Below, one piece after another: positions 1-11,333 of a stretch of 64,000 nt of DNA. A program made the translations under genes and the position numbers. The notes below the pieces were generated by a model. It saw only the letters and a program-made list of their open reading frames with translations, was not told where the DNA came from and made no database searches. This DNA is from an uncultured Pseudomonadota bacterium (GTDB lineage: Bacteria; Oederibacteriota; Muellerivitia; Muellerivitales; Muellerivitaceae). Numbering within the stretch: position 1 is the stretch's first letter; the number at the start of each line of letters is the position of its first letter. The stretch spans positions 352,001 through 416,000 of the forward strand of contig CAWIIP010000001.1 in NCBI GenBank assembly GCA_963836235.1. Direction: 5' to 3'.

Positions 1-717
1 TACGCCGTCTTCCAACTTATTCAACAATTGAATGGCCTTTTCCGTTTGGCGCAGGCCGACCGAGTCCAAAAATTGAAAAATACCGGATTCGATCCCCGGA
101 ACCGGGAGTTCCCGCACCATGTCGACGGAAATAGATTTTTGCGGGTAAGCGTAAATCGAAAGCTGTTCCAGGGCGCTCTTGAGGTAGGCGATGTCCGACC
201 CGACTTTCTGGATCAAAATCTGGGCGGCGTCCTCGGGAAGGGTGAGTCCGCCGGCTTGGGCCTGCTGCTTTAACCAGCCCGCCATTTTCCAATCCGGGAT
301 ATCGGAGCATTGAACCGCCCAACCCATCCTTTCCACCGCCGCCACGGCTTTGGCGGTCTTCCTCATTCCCGGAGCCAGGAATACCAAAGTGGAAGAGGGA
401 TTGGGATTGGAAAAGTAACTCTTAAGCCGCTCTAAGGCGGCTTCCGAATGGCCCCCCAGGACTTTTTCGCCATGTTGTAAAACAAGCAATTGGGAAGTGG
501 CGAAGAGCGAGGAAGTTTGGGCCGCCATCAACATTTCCCCAAGATTGTTTTCATGGCCGTCAAAAACTTGAAGCGTTCCATCGGGGGCTGATTGACGAAA
601 CTTTTCCCGGGTGTTTTGAAGGCCTTCGGACAGGACCCCGTCCGAATCGCCGAAAAACAAAAGAACCCTGGGTAAATCATTTTTTTTGAGGCGGGTCAAA
701 AAATCATCGAAATACAA
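1..717 (-). CDS. holA: DNA polymerase III delta subunit (partial, runs off the window edge)
   Basis: Not in the ORF track. Read manually from TTG at 717: MYFDDFLTRLKKNDLPRVLLFFGD...AAQTSSLFATSQLLVL...LIQKVGSDIAYLKSALEQLSIY. Fits the canonical leuS-lptE-holA gene order. Confidence 0.8.
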   Translation of the reverse strand, partial: MYFDDFLTRLKKNDLPRVLLFFGDSDGVLSEGLQNTREKFRQSAPDGTLQVFDGHENNLGEMLMAAQTSSLFATSQLLVLQHGEKVLGGHSEAALERLKSYFSNPNPSSTLVFLAPGMRKTAKAVAAVERMGWAVQCSDIPDWKMAGWLKQQAQAGGLTLPEDAAQILIQKVGSDIAYLKSALEQLSIYAYPQKSISVDMVRELPVPGIESGIFQFLDSVGLRQTEKAIQLLNKLEDGV

Positions 718-830
718 GGTTTCTCCCGTTTGACGAGCTATTGATTTTTTTGATTCTTTTCTATGCGTGCGATCGAACAACGATTTTCGAGTTACTTCCG
801 TCTTCCAGCCAGTCTAATCTTTACCGCGTC

Positions 831-1577
831 TTACTGAATTCCGGAAGGGATGTTCTTTGGTATGGGCGAAATGGGCGAATTGGAGAAAGGGGTGCTCATG
901 GGCATGAGGTTTCCCTTGGGGGCCATTGGGATTTTAGCGACCGGGGTGGCGCTTTTGGTTTCCTCGGGTTTGACGTAGAAAAAGGTGATCCCCACCAATT
1001 GGCCGTCCACGCTTAAATGGATCGTGTAAAGCCCCACGTCGTGGGGCAAACCGGTCTGGCCATATTCCGAATTAAGGTGATCCAAGCCCAGAGTCATGTC
1101 CACCAGGAACCATTGGTAAGTTTCGTTTTGGATCGTCAAAAGCCGGTCGGTGAAACCCACCTGAAATTCCTGGTCGAATTTCGCGATCCGAAGATCCGTG
1201 GGAGAAAAGCATTCCACGGTCGCGGTATGGATCCGGCTGGAGGGTTTGATTAAAAAATAGGCGAAATAACAGACCTGGTCCTGTTTGTTCAAATAAAAGT
1301 AATTGACACTGTCGACCGGATATTGATTCACGATTTTGGTGCTGGTAATCATGTGGCTGACGATGATGTCCTGGTTGACCGTGGGGCTGCTGGGGGCGGA
1401 CTCGGGCGGGGCGTCTTTGACTATTGCGGGAGAGGACTTTTCCGGCGCGTTTTTAGGGACGCCCCCCGTGATCCACTCCAGGTCGGCATGGGCGGTTGCC
1501 CATAAAAAGAAGGCGGCAACCACTATTTTGGATTTTAAATTCTCAACTTTGAATTTTTGGGCCATTCGTCCCCTCAA
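831..1577 (-). CDS. Secreted hypothetical protein
   Basis: 248-aa ORF with a signal peptide (VVAAFFLWATAHA), Pro-rich linkers and a beta-rich core. Confidence 0.65.
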   Translation of the reverse strand: MRGRMAQKFKVENLKSKIVVAAFFLWATAHADLEWITGGVPKNAPEKSSPAIVKDAPPESAPSSPTVNQDIIVSHMITSTKIVNQYPVDSVNYFYLNKQDQVCYFAYFLIKPSSRIHTATVECFSPTDLRIAKFDQEFQVGFTDRLLTIQNETYQWFLVDMTLGLDHLNSEYGQTGLPHDVGLYTIHLSVDGQLVGITFFYVKPEETKSATPVAKIPMAPKGNLMPMSTPFSNSPISPIPKNIPSGIQ

Positions 1578-1631
1578 TCGATTAATGATTAAAGCCTACT
1601 TATCCACAACCGCCATTATGAAGCCGAAGAT

Positions 1632-2174
1632 TTAGTTCCCTTCGATAACGCGGCGGACGATCGTATAGGCCATGTCGCCGGCCAGTTGGGAAACCGCCTG
1701 ATCCTCGGTTTCAGTGATCGCTCCGGTATATTGGGGCGTGTAAAAATAAATACTGTGAATTTTTCCCGTGTCCTCCAGGAAAGTCTTCTTTTCCCTTTGG
1801 TCAATGGCCGCCAGGTCGTAGACAACGGACAAGCGGTATTCGAGGACGTAATTAGTGTTGGGGGCGTAAAGTTCCGGCTCCCGAATATATTGCTTAATGA
1901 CGACTTTCACCGCCAAGTCGGACTTGTCGGCGGTTTCGATCGGAAGCCGCCCGTCGACTTGAAATTGACGGATGGTGGCCTGGGTAAAAATGGTATCTAG
2001 CCCATAATAGCTGGTTTTGTTCTCGAAAAGTTCCACGCCCACGTTTTGAATGTAAGAAGGGATGACAATGGCCGCGGGATGGCATCCCACCATCCCCACG
2101 AATATAAGCGAATAGCAAGCCAAACGCCATTTTACAAGCGGCCCGTATTTCGGGAATATCCGGTTCAATTTGAC
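1632..2174 (-). CDS. lptE: LPS assembly lipoprotein LptE family
   Basis: Lipobox MVGC; [17 protein letters not shown] motif; directly downstream of leuS. Start codon uncertain (GTG 2174 versus track start 2210). Confidence 0.75.
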   Translation of the reverse strand, partial: VKLNRIFPKYGPLVKWRLACYSLIFVGMVGCHPAAIVIPSYIQNVGVELFENKTSYYGLDTIFTQATIRQFQVDGRLPIETADKSDLAVKVVIKQYIREPELYAPNTNYVLEYRLSVVYDLAAIDQREKKTFLEDTGKIHSIYFYTPQYTGAITETEDQAVSQLAGDMAYTIVRRVIEGN

Positions 2175-4669
2175 CTCACGATAAGATTGGCCAGCTTGTC
2201 CTTCACCCAAATCAGTTTTTTCACGGATTCGGGTTTCACGAATTTTTGGACCCTTTCATCCTTCAAAAGAAAATCCTTTACCGCCTCCTCCGCCAACCCC
2301 ACTGCGATAGTGACCCGGGTTTTGACTTTGCCGTTAATTTGAACGGGGATTTCCACCGTATCCGCTTTAATCAAGGCGGGGTCAAACTGGGGCCAGCCCG
2401 CGTTGAGGAGGTTTTCACCCTTTCCTAAAGAGCTCCACATTTCCTCTGCCACATGGGGGGTGAAAGGCCCCAAAAGCTTTACCAGTGCTTCCATCGCCTC
2501 TCGCAGAAGCGGGGTCTTGGCGCCCGGTTGTTCTTTGTAATCGTAAAGCAAATTGATCATTTCCATCATAGCGCTGATGGCGGTGTTGAATTTGAACCCT
2601 TCGGTCATATCCGAGGTGACTTTTTGAATAGTTTGATGGGTTTTGCGGCGGATTTCCTTATCCGCTTCCGACTCGGCTTTGGGTGCTTCCATCGTCGCGA
2701 AATCCGGCTTTGCCTGCAGTTCTTGGAAGAGCCTCCATATCCGGTTCAAGAAACGAAAGGGGCCTTCTACGGCCCGGTCGTCCCATTCCGCATCCCGCTC
2801 CGGCGGGCCAATGAAAAGGGTATAGAGACGGAAGGTATCCGAGCCATATTTTTTTATCAGTTCATCAGGTTGGACGGAGTTGCCCTTGCTCTTGGACATC
2901 TTGACCCCGCCTTTGGTAATCATTCCCTGGGTGAAAAGCCGCCTGAAGGGTTCGTCAAAATTGATGAAGCCCTGATCCTTTAAAACCTTCGTGATGAACC
3001 GTGAATAAAGCAGGTGGAGGATGGCGTGTTCGACCCCGCCGATATATTGATCCACGGGAAGCCATTGATTCGCCGTTTGGGTGCTGAAGGCTTCTTTGTC
3101 GTTTTTCGCCGAGACATAGCGAAGGAAATACCAGCTGGAATCCACGAAAGTATCCATCGTGTCCGTTTCCCGCCGGGCCTTCCCGCCGCATTTGGGGCAA
3201 GAGGTGTTCACGAAGGAAGGTATGGACTTTAACGGGGATTCGCCGGTGGGTTTAAATTCCACCGCGCGGGGCAATTGAACCGGCAGGTCTTTTTCCGGGA
3301 CCGGCGTCCAGCCGCAGGCGTCGCAATGGATCATGGGGATGGGCGCCCCCCAATAGCGCTGGCGGGAAATCAGCCAATCCCGCAGGCGGTAGGTAACCGT
3401 CCCCTTCCCTATCTTTTTTTCTTTCAGCCACTCGGTCATTTTTTTCTTGGCGGCTTCGACATTGAGGCCGTTCAGGAATTCCGAATTCACCAGATTGCCG
3501 TCATCCGTGTAGGCTTCGGCTTGGGGGTCATAGGTGTGGAGGGCGGTCTTCCAGGCGTGCTTCACTTCGTCCGACGGGTCGATGACCTGCACAATGTGGA
3601 TGCCGTATTTTTTGGCGAATTCAAAATCCCGCGTGTCGTGGGCCGGGACCGCCATGATGGCTCCCGTTCCATAATTGATGAGAACGTAATTAGCGATATA
3701 GACCGGAATCGACTTTCCATTGACGGGATTGATAGCGCGGATGCCCGTGTCCAATCCCAGTTTTTCAGCGCTTTCCCCGATGCGGTCCTGGGCGCTTTGT
3801 TTTTTGACCTTCTCGACAAAATCTTTCACTTCCGATTCTTTTTCCGTTCCCTTGACCAACGAAAGCACCAGGGGGTGTTCGGGGGCCAGCACCATGTAGG
3901 TCGCCCCAAAGAGGGTGTCGGGCCGGGTGGTGAAAACCGTAATGGCCTCGTTTTTTCCCTCGACTTGAAACTGCACTTCGGCCCCTTCGCTTCGCCCAAT
4001 CCAATTGCGCTGCATGGTCTTGACCCGCTCCGGCCACTGCTCCAGCCGGTCGATATCGTTTAAAAGCCGCTCGGCGTAGTCCGTAATTTTAAAAAACCAC
4101 TGTTCCAGGTCCTTTTGCTCGACGATGGAATCACAGCGCTCACATTGGCCGTCCACCACCTGCTCATTGGCCAAAACCGTCAGGCAGGAAGGGCACCAGT
4201 TGACATAGGCTTTTTTACGGTAGGCCAGGCCCTTTTCATACAGCTTCAGGAAGATCCATTGGGTCCAGCGGTAGTAATCGGGCAGGCAGGAAACCACTTC
4301 CTTGTCCCAGTCGTAGCCCATGCCCCAATCGTCAAACTGCCCCTTCATGCGCTCGATATTCTTGAGGGTCCAATCCTCGGGATGGATTCCCTTTTTAATG
4401 GCGGCATTTTCAGCGGGAAGGCCAAAAGCGTCGAAACCCATGGGATTCAGGACATTGAGGCCCTGCGCCTTAAAGTAGCGGTAGACCGCGTCGCCGATGA
4501 TGTAATTGCGCCCATGGCCGGCATGAAGAAAATCTCCGGAAGGATAAGGGAACATGACGAGGGTGTAATATTTTTGAGCGGTTTTGGAGAGATCGCAGGC
4601 AAAGACGCCCTTTTCCTTCCATTGCCTTTTCCAACGATGCTCGATTTCGGTGAAGTTATAGGCTTCCAT
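2165..4669 (-). CDS. leuS: Leucine--tRNA ligase
   Basis: MFPYPSG, HAGH (HIGH-like), [11 protein letters not shown] and KMSKS motifs; 834 aa. Confidence 0.98.
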   Translation of the reverse strand: MEAYNFTEIEHRWKRQWKEKGVFACDLSKTAQKYYTLVMFPYPSGDFLHAGHGRNYIIGDAVYRYFKAQGLNVLNPMGFDAFGLPAENAAIKKGIHPEDWTLKNIERMKGQFDDWGMGYDWDKEVVSCLPDYYRWTQWIFLKLYEKGLAYRKKAYVNWCPSCLTVLANEQVVDGQCERCDSIVEQKDLEQWFFKITDYAERLLNDIDRLEQWPERVKTMQRNWIGRSEGAEVQFQVEGKNEAITVFTTRPDTLFGATYMVLAPEHPLVLSLVKGTEKESEVKDFVEKVKKQSAQDRIGESAEKLGLDTGIRAINPVNGKSIPVYIANYVLINYGTGAIMAVPAHDTRDFEFAKKYGIHIVQVIDPSDEVKHAWKTALHTYDPQAEAYTDDGNLVNSEFLNGLNVEAAKKKMTEWLKEKKIGKGTVTYRLRDWLISRQRYWGAPIPMIHCDACGWTPVPEKDLPVQLPRAVEFKPTGESPLKSIPSFVNTSCPKCGGKARRETDTMDTFVDSSWYFLRYVSAKNDKEAFSTQTANQWLPVDQYIGGVEHAILHLLYSRFITKVLKDQGFINFDEPFRRLFTQGMITKGGVKMSKSKGNSVQPDELIKKYGSDTFRLYTLFIGPPERDAEWDDRAVEGPFRFLNRIWRLFQELQAKPDFATMEAPKAESEADKEIRRKTHQTIQKVTSDMTEGFKFNTAISAMMEMINLLYDYKEQPGAKTPLLREAMEALVKLLGPFTPHVAEEMWSSLGKGENLLNAGWPQFDPALIKADTVEIPVQINGKVKTRVTIAVGLAEEAVKDFLLKDERVQKFVKPESVKKLIWVKDKLANLIVRSN

Positions 4670-4752
4670 GACGGCCTTTCGAATGGGTTGCGAGGAAGAA
4701 GATTATAAGGGAAAAACCCGTTTTTTTAACAAAGTAGGGCCTTCTTCATCAA

Positions 4753-5475
4753 TCAATTCACCAAGTGTTTGCGGGAGAAAATCAGCGTCAAGAGAACAAA
4801 GAGGCTCCAGGCGATAAATAAATCCAATAACGGGAAAGGCTGGGCGTGGGTGGCGTGAACCAAGCTACTGGCGGCGCTGCTTCCGGATTGCAGGAGATTG
4901 TTCCAGAGGGGATGGCTCAAAAACAGATCCACCAGGAAAAAAATGTGGATAGCCGGAACCACCCCGAAGGACAGTTTTGAGCCGCTGAGAAGATAACCGC
5001 TGCAGATAAAAAAAGCGAACCCCGCGATGGCCCAGTAAATTAAGGAAAGGGGCGGGGCGATGTAAAACCCGAAGGCCGGGGCTTGGGAAAGAAATGTCCA
5101 TCCGGAGAAGAGAAAAATGGCGATCGTCAGTTCCATTACTCCCGCCGTCAGCAAGTAACCGTTGAGTTTTAACTTCGCTTGGATCACTTGGATATCCGCC
5201 ACCACTTGGCTGGAGGAGGAGGTGAGGTAACGGATCCCCAGGAAATATTCCCCGGCGGTGGGATTCAGGCGGTCCCGGCACCAAAACCACTCGCCAAAGA
5301 ATAAAAATAAAGTCAGGGAGGACCAATAGGAATGCCATCCAAAAGTAAAGCAGATCACCCAGGCGATAAATCCGCAGATCAAAACGTCCACGTACTTGCT
5401 GGCGAACTGCCGCCAGACGGTGGGCCGGGCCGATTTTTTACCGGGTTGGGGGTGGGTGGAAGTGGTGACGGTCAT
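4753..5475 (-). CDS. Multi-pass membrane protein (RDD-like N-terminus)
   Basis: 240 aa, several hydrophobic helices, TAGEYFLGIR resembling the RDD motif. Confidence 0.6.
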   Translation of the reverse strand: MTVTTSTHPQPGKKSARPTVWRQFASKYVDVLICGFIAWVICFTFGWHSYWSSLTLFLFFGEWFWCRDRLNPTAGEYFLGIRYLTSSSSQVVADIQVIQAKLKLNGYLLTAGVMELTIAIFLFSGWTFLSQAPAFGFYIAPPLSLIYWAIAGFAFFICSGYLLSGSKLSFGVVPAIHIFFLVDLFLSHPLWNNLLQSGSSAASSLVHATHAQPFPLLDLFIAWSLFVLLTLIFSRKHLVN

Positions 5476-5945
5476 GGTTCCGTTATGTTAAGCAACATGG
5501 CAATCTCATCGCAATCGGAAAACTTGGCGCAATGGACGCAATCCCCCCAAATTTTTTGGGGCAGGGTTAATTTTTCGACCTTGGTGAAACCTAGCTTCGT
5601 GAAAAATTCGGTTTGATAAGTGAGGGTAAATATCCTTTGAAGGTGCAGTTCCTTTGCGTCTTCCAGGCAATAGTGAAGCAATTTTTTGCCGATTCCCTGG
5701 CCTTGAAGCGATTCCTCGACCGCGAGAGACCGGACCTCGGCAAGGTCTTCCCCGACCACGTGAAGGGCGACGACCCCTTTGAGGGATTGGGTTTCCCCGA
5801 CCGCCACCGTGAAATCCCTTACCTTTTCAATCACCTGGGAAAAGGAGCGGGGCAACATCAGCCCCTTGGTGGAGTAATGGTTGATGAGATTGAGGATGGA
5901 TCGTACGTCGGAAGGCCTGGCCCTCCGGTAAGTTAATGGGTTCAT
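5472..5945 (-). CDS. GNAT N-acetyltransferase (short ArgA-like amino-acid acetyltransferase)
   Basis: LAEVRSLAV, QGQGIG acetyl-CoA motif, LPQKIWGDCVHC...CDE tail. Confidence 0.85.
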   Translation of the reverse strand: MNPLTYRRARPSDVRSILNLINHYSTKGLMLPRSFSQVIEKVRDFTVAVGETQSLKGVVALHVVGEDLAEVRSLAVEESLQGQGIGKKLLHYCLEDAKELHLQRIFTLTYQTEFFTKLGFTKVEKLTLPQKIWGDCVHCAKFSDCDEIAMLLNITEP

Positions 5946-5991
5946 GTTGTCCTAACAGGGAATAAAAAAGCATTTTCACCCTGTCTATAAT

Positions 5992-6032
5992 AAAAAAGCT
6001 GGCCCCCCAAACCAAGGGGAACCAGCTTTTTT
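5992..6032. terminator. Intrinsic terminator hairpin
   Basis: AAAAAAGCTGG...CCAGCTTTTTT just downstream of the 6044-6904 gene. Confidence 0.7.
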
Positions 6033-6043
6033 GGTTGATTCTA

Positions 6044-6904
6044 TTATTTGGAAAAGAGCGCGACTCCGCCGCCGATCAAAACACCCACTTGTCCGGCCAA
6101 GTCCAAGCCGCCAAAGGCTTGAAGCTGAACATCATGCCCCGTTCGCAAGCCAACGATCAAAGGAGTAGCCCCGTCCCCTTGGCCGTTGACAGCTAATTCC
6201 GCGATGCCTGTCAATTCCGAATCAAAAGGATAGGCCGCGCCAGCGTTTAACAGAACGTAAGAACCGCCGCCGCCCGAATAGGTGACGCCATCGATAGTTA
6301 TACTACGTCCGCCCACCACCATAATTCCCAATTGTCCGTTTAACTGGAGACCATCCACAAAGGTGTAGGTTACCACGCCATAGGGGTCGAAATCCAAAGT
6401 GCTGATGTCGGGGGTAATATACAAAGGTCCGATGGAAAGGTCCAACCCGGCGGCGATATCCAGTCCCTTGGAAACATGTGGGAAACCGTATTTGGCGCCG
6501 AAAGTGATAAAGTTTAACCCGCTTACCCCGCCAGCGGCATAAAAGGAACTGCTGGCGTGCAATTGCAATTTATCCGTCGCTCCGAAAGCGGCTCCAAAGG
6601 GAATACTGACTCCGTTATAGGCCGAATCGAACCAGATGTGGGCGGCGCCCATGATTTCGCCTTGCTCCGGGGTATTTGCCGTATCACCGAAGAAATAACC
6701 GGGCCGACCAGCCAGATTGGCGCCGGAAATAGGATGGGGCCTTTCGGCCGCCATTTCGTGGCGCATTTCTCGCTTCATTTCTTTTTTTTCTTCCGCCTTT
6801 TTCTTTTTCTTCTTCGACGCCGCTTGGGCGGGGCTGACCGCCAAACTCAAGGCAAGCGCGAAAGCCAAACCGGCTACGACAAATCGGGTCCAAAACTTCA
6901 TCAT
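6044..6904 (-). CDS. Secreted or outer-membrane beta-barrel-like hypothetical protein
   Basis: Signal peptide (AQA), Lys-rich segment, alternating Gly/aromatic beta strands. Confidence 0.65.
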   Translation of the reverse strand: MMKFWTRFVVAGLAFALALSLAVSPAQAASKKKKKKAEEKKEMKREMRHEMAAERPHPISGANLAGRPGYFFGDTANTPEQGEIMGAAHIWFDSAYNGVSIPFGAAFGATDKLQLHASSSFYAAGGVSGLNFITFGAKYGFPHVSKGLDIAAGLDLSIGPLYITPDISTLDFDPYGVVTYTFVDGLQLNGQLGIMVVGGRSITIDGVTYSGGGGSYVLLNAGAAYPFDSELTGIAELAVNGQGDGATPLIVGLRTGHDVQLQAFGGLDLAGQVGVLIGGGVALFSK

Positions 6905-6974
6905 TTACTTCCTCCTGGTTTTATTAAACCGCTACCTTAAAAACAAACTTTATCGGCCAACCCCAAAAGTCGGC

Positions 6975-8690
6975 CTATTTGCCGCGCATTCTAGCATAGA
7001 GTTCTTTGGCGTGGGTACGGGAAGTTTCGGATATGGGTTCCCCGCCCAGCATTTTGGCCAATTCATCAATTCGGTCGGTTTCCGTTAAACGGTTGACGCC
7101 AACCGAGGTCTTCGCACCCAGGACTTTTTTGTGAACTTGGAAGTGGTTTTCGCCCAAACCGGCGATGGGAGCCAGGTGGGAGATGCATAAAACTTGTTTT
7201 GAATCGGATAAATGCTTCAACAACCCGGCCACGGCGGGGGCTGTCCTGGCCCCGACGCCCGTATCGATCTCATCAAAAATAAGTGTTGGGACTTCGTCAC
7301 TTTCCGCAAGGACGGTTTTTAGGGCCAGCATCACGCGGGAGGCTTCCCCACCGGAGGCGACTTTGGCCAGAGGACGAAGCGGTTCGCCTGGGTTGGCCGA
7401 GAAAAGAAATTCCACTTTGTCCCAGCCCGCAGGCGACAAGTGAAGCCGCTTTCCTTTTTCGATCACCGGGCTCTCGGATTCTTCCAGCGGGGTCAATTGG
7501 ACCCCCATTTGAGCGTGGGTCAAGCCCAATTCTTTGACGGTATTTTGCACCTGGTTCGCCAGATCGGCGCCGGCTTGGGATCTGTTCGCGCTCAATTGGC
7601 TCGAAGCCAAACGATATTGTTCGGAAGCTTTTTCAATTTCATTCCCCAGTGTTTTCAAGCGGCCTTCCCGACCTTCCAAGTTTTTTAACTCTTCCCGAAT
7701 TTGGCCCAGGTACTTCGCGATTTCGCCGACCGAATCGCCATATTTCTTTTTCAGGGAATTTAAACCGTCGATACGGTCGGACAATTCCTCGAATTCGGCT
7801 TCGCTGAAAGAATAGCTCTCCAGCTTTTGGGCGATATCGAAAGAAAGTTGGTTTAAGTTTTCTTGGGTGGTCTTGGCCGTCTCCACCATGACCTCCAAAT
7901 CGGGGTCCAGTTTGGCCGAATCCATCAGCCGCGAAACAACCGTGCCGAAAAGTCCGGTTGCTCCCCCATCTCCCTCCTCATCCAAGAGCCTTTGGGCCTC
8001 GGTCACATACTTGGTGATCTTTTCCGCGTTCTTCATCAACTGGTATTTTTTGAGGAGTTCTTCCTCGTTCAGGGATTCGAGACCCGAGGTCTCAATTTCT
8101 TGCACTTGAAATTGGAGAAGGTCGGTCCTGCGGGCTATTTCCCGGGAATCCCCGCCAAGGCGGGATTGTTCAATCAACAAACCTGATAGGGCTTCGTAAG
8201 CGTCGGCGGTTTTTTCGAGGAACTTTTCCAGATGGCCGAAGGAATCGATTAATTGCCGGTGGCGGCCCACGTTGAAGATGGCCTGGTGTTCATGCTGGCC
8301 ATGAATATCCACCAGCCAATCCCCTAGTTCGGAGATCATGGCGGCGGTGGCCATTTCCCCGTTCACGAAACTGCGGGTCTTGCCAGAGGATCGGTTGAAT
8401 TCCCTTTTGACCAACAATTCCCCATGGCTGGCATCAATGCCCCATTCGGAAAGCTTTTTGATGGCCGAGCTTTTCAAGGGCACTTGAAAGAGAGCCTCCA
8501 CCACCGCGCGGTCTTCCCCGGCCCGCAGCATATCGGCGGTGATCCGGTCTCCCAGGAGGAAATAAAGGGCGTCCACGATTAGGGATTTCCCGGCGCCCGT
8601 TTCCCCCGTGAGGACGTTGAAACCAGGACCGAATTCCATGGCAACGGATTCCACGATGGCAAAATTCTTAATGGAAAGTTGTCGAAGCAT
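6975..8690 (-). CDS. recN: DNA repair protein RecN
   Basis: Walker A GETGAGKS, ASGGEASR signature, IFDEIDTG; 571 aa. Confidence 0.97.
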   Translation of the reverse strand: MLRQLSIKNFAIVESVAMEFGPGFNVLTGETGAGKSLIVDALYFLLGDRITADMLRAGEDRAVVEALFQVPLKSSAIKKLSEWGIDASHGELLVKREFNRSSGKTRSFVNGEMATAAMISELGDWLVDIHGQHEHQAIFNVGRHRQLIDSFGHLEKFLEKTADAYEALSGLLIEQSRLGGDSREIARRTDLLQFQVQEIETSGLESLNEEELLKKYQLMKNAEKITKYVTEAQRLLDEEGDGGATGLFGTVVSRLMDSAKLDPDLEVMVETAKTTQENLNQLSFDIAQKLESYSFSEAEFEELSDRIDGLNSLKKKYGDSVGEIAKYLGQIREELKNLEGREGRLKTLGNEIEKASEQYRLASSQLSANRSQAGADLANQVQNTVKELGLTHAQMGVQLTPLEESESPVIEKGKRLHLSPAGWDKVEFLFSANPGEPLRPLAKVASGGEASRVMLALKTVLAESDEVPTLIFDEIDTGVGARTAPAVAGLLKHLSDSKQVLCISHLAPIAGLGENHFQVHKKVLGAKTSVGVNRLTETDRIDELAKMLGGEPISETSRTHAKELYARMRGK

Positions 8691-8750
8691 GAACCCAATA
8701 TATTTTGCGGAAAATGAATTATCAATGAAAGGATTGGTTACAATGAAGCC

Positions 8751-9935
8751 ATGAAACGATCCTTCCTATTCACTTTGGGCCTTTTTCTGGGATTTCCGCT
8801 ATCCCAAGTAGGTTGCGGCCCCGCCACAGTCCCCGCAAGTCTTTCTTCCCAAAACGCATTGGCTCTCACGCCTCCTATGGGATGGAATTCCTGGAATAAA
8901 TTTCAGTGTTTGATCAGCGATAAGCTTATCCGTGAGGTCGCCGACGCCATGGTTACTAACGGCATGAAAGACGCGGGGTACCTCTACGTCAATATCGACG
9001 ATTGTTGGGCGCTTCCCAATCGGGAAAATGGCCATTTAAAGGCCAACCCTGACACCTTCCCGAATGGGATCAAGAGCCTGGCCGACTATATCCATTCTCA
9101 GGGACTCAAGCTGGGAATCTACTCGGACCGGGGCACGGATACTTGCCAGGGAAAAGCGGGGTCCCATGGTTATGAAGCCGTCGATGCCAAGGATTTCGCC
9201 GATTGGGGGGTGGATTACCTGAAATATGATAATTGCAATATCCCTTCCTTTTCGAATACGCAGAAGGACTTTCAAAAAATGCGGGATGCCCTGACGGCCT
9301 CGGGCCGCCCCATTGTGTTCAGCATTTGCACCTGGGGCTTTCTCCCTTGGATGCCCGAAGTCGGCAATTTATGGCGGACGGGCGGGGATATCCATGACGA
9401 CTGGGGTTCCATGATCGGCGCTATGGATAACAATGATTTAGAGGCTTCCTACGCCCATCCGGGAGCCTGGAACGATCCGGATATGCTGGAAATCGGAAAT
9501 GGGGCCATGACCGATACCGAATACCGCACCCATTTCAGCCTGTGGGCCATCATGGCAGCCCCCCTAATCGCCGGGAACGATGTTCGGACCATGTCCCCGG
9601 AAACCGCCGAAATTCTGCTGAACCAGGAAGCTATCGCGGTGGACCAAGACCCCTGGGGTTTGCAGGGTGTCCGGGTGGCGGATGACGGCCAGGGTTCCAA
9701 TGTCTATTCCAAGGTGCTCCAAGGCCCTAATAGCCGGGCCGTGGCCCTTCTCAACCGCTCAAACGGGCCTACTACGATCACCGTGAAATGGGCTGATTTG
9801 TCCATTCCTCCCGGCCCCGCTTTCGTCCGGGACCTTTGGGCCCACCAGGATCTGGGAGACTTTAGCGACAGCTATAGTGCATCGGTGCCATCCCATGGCA
9901 CCGTCCTGCTTAAAGTCGTCAACCAAACCCATTGA
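8751..9935 (+). CDS. Alpha-galactosidase, GH27 (probable lipoprotein)
   Basis: TPPMGWNSWN, NIDDCW, DYLKYDNC and WNDPDML motifs. Confidence 0.95.
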   Translation: MKRSFLFTLGLFLGFPLSQVGCGPATVPASLSSQNALALTPPMGWNSWNKFQCLISDKLIREVADAMVTNGMKDAGYLYVNIDDCWALPNRENGHLKANPDTFPNGIKSLADYIHSQGLKLGIYSDRGTDTCQGKAGSHGYEAVDAKDFADWGVDYLKYDNCNIPSFSNTQKDFQKMRDALTASGRPIVFSICTWGFLPWMPEVGNLWRTGGDIHDDWGSMIGAMDNNDLEASYAHPGAWNDPDMLEIGNGAMTDTEYRTHFSLWAIMAAPLIAGNDVRTMSPETAEILLNQEAIAVDQDPWGLQGVRVADDGQGSNVYSKVLQGPNSRAVALLNRSNGPTTITVKWADLSIPPGPAFVRDLWAHQDLGDFSDSYSASVPSHGTVLLKVVNQTH

Positions 9936-10064
9936 TCTTTTATCCTTCAGTTTTTGAAATTTAAATATTTATTAACCCAAAACTTAGATTGGGAGACTTA
10001 AAGGAACCCTTTAAGTTTTTGAATTTTAAGGCCTGTACTTCCCAATGCCTGCTAAACTCCCGGC

Positions 10065-11252
10065 ATGAACCACTTCGACGTCATTATTCTGGGGGCTGGG
10101 GGAGCCGGCCTAATGTGCGCCATTGAAACGGGCAAAAGGGGCCGCCAAGTAGCCCTATTGGACCATTCTCCCAAGATAGGGGCCAAAATCCTTATTTCCG
10201 GGGGTGGGCGTTGTAATTTCACCAATATTACAGTTGGACCAGAAAACTACGTTTCCCAGAACCCCCATTTCTGTAAATCGGCCTTAACCCGCTATCCCCC
10301 CCAGGATTTCATTGAAATGGTCAAAGCCCATCAAATCCCCTATCACGAAAAGAAGCTGGGCCAGCTCTTTTGCGACCGTTCGGCCAAGGACATCGTGGGG
10401 ATGTTGGAGGAAGAATGCCGCAAAGCCGGGGTTCAGGTCCTATTAAACCAACAGGTCGCATCGGTCGCGAAAAACGAGAAGTTTGAGGTGAAAGCCAGCC
10501 AGGGAGAATACACCTGTGATTCCCTGGTCGTAGCCACCGGGGGCCTTTCCATCCCCAAGGTCGGGGCTACGGGCTTGGGGTATGATCTGGCCCGGCAGTT
10601 TGGGCTGAAAATCGTGCTTCCTTTTCCCGCCCTAGACGGGTTCCGTTTCAAGGCTACAGACTTGAAAAGATTCGGGGATTTGACCGGTGTTTCCACCGAA
10701 GCCATCATCACCTGCGCTAAGGCCTCCTTCCGCGAAAACATTCTTTTCACCCACAACGGTTTAAGCGGCCCCGCCGCCTTGCAGGCTTCCCTCTATTGGA
10801 ACAAGGACAACACCCTGCGAATCAACTTTGTCCCCAGCCAAACCTTGGAAAAACTTGTGAAGTGGTTTCTCCAGCATAAAAAGGGCGGCTCTAAAGTCGA
10901 AATTAAGACTCTCCTGAAAGACTGGCTTCCCAAGCGTTTGGCGGACCGCCTTTGCGAATTGGAACTTCCACCGGGAGCGGCTATTCACACCTTGACAGAT
11001 AAAAAGCTGGAGGACTTCTGCAAAAAAATCCAGGATTACACTTTTATTCCCGAAGCCACCATTGGTTATTCCAAAGCCGAAGTCACCCGGGGTGGCGTGG
11101 ACACGGATGAGCTTTCGTCCAAGACAATGGAATGCAAGAAAGTTCCGGGGCTTTATTTTATCGGCGAGGTAGTGGACGTCACTGGTTGGTTAGGAGGCTA
11201 CAACTTCCAATGGGCCTGGTCTTCGGGTTGGGCGGCAGGACAAGAGGTTTAG
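10065..11252 (+). CDS. HI0933/BaiN family NAD(P)/FAD-dependent oxidoreductase
   Basis: GAGGAG, SGGGRCNFTN and GWLGGYNFQWAWSSG motifs. Confidence 0.95.
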   Translation: MNHFDVIILGAGGAGLMCAIETGKRGRQVALLDHSPKIGAKILISGGGRCNFTNITVGPENYVSQNPHFCKSALTRYPPQDFIEMVKAHQIPYHEKKLGQLFCDRSAKDIVGMLEEECRKAGVQVLLNQQVASVAKNEKFEVKASQGEYTCDSLVVATGGLSIPKVGATGLGYDLARQFGLKIVLPFPALDGFRFKATDLKRFGDLTGVSTEAIITCAKASFRENILFTHNGLSGPAALQASLYWNKDNTLRINFVPSQTLEKLVKWFLQHKKGGSKVEIKTLLKDWLPKRLADRLCELELPPGAAIHTLTDKKLEDFCKKIQDYTFIPEATIGYSKAEVTRGGVDTDELSSKTMECKKVPGLYFIGEVVDVTGWLGGYNFQWAWSSGWAAGQEV

Positions 11253-11333
11253 GGCGGCCTGCCCTGAGTAAATGAAATGCATCGAAGGGCTGGGCAAGAG
11301 GTTTAAAAAGACACGCAATTCCCCGCCGGAACA

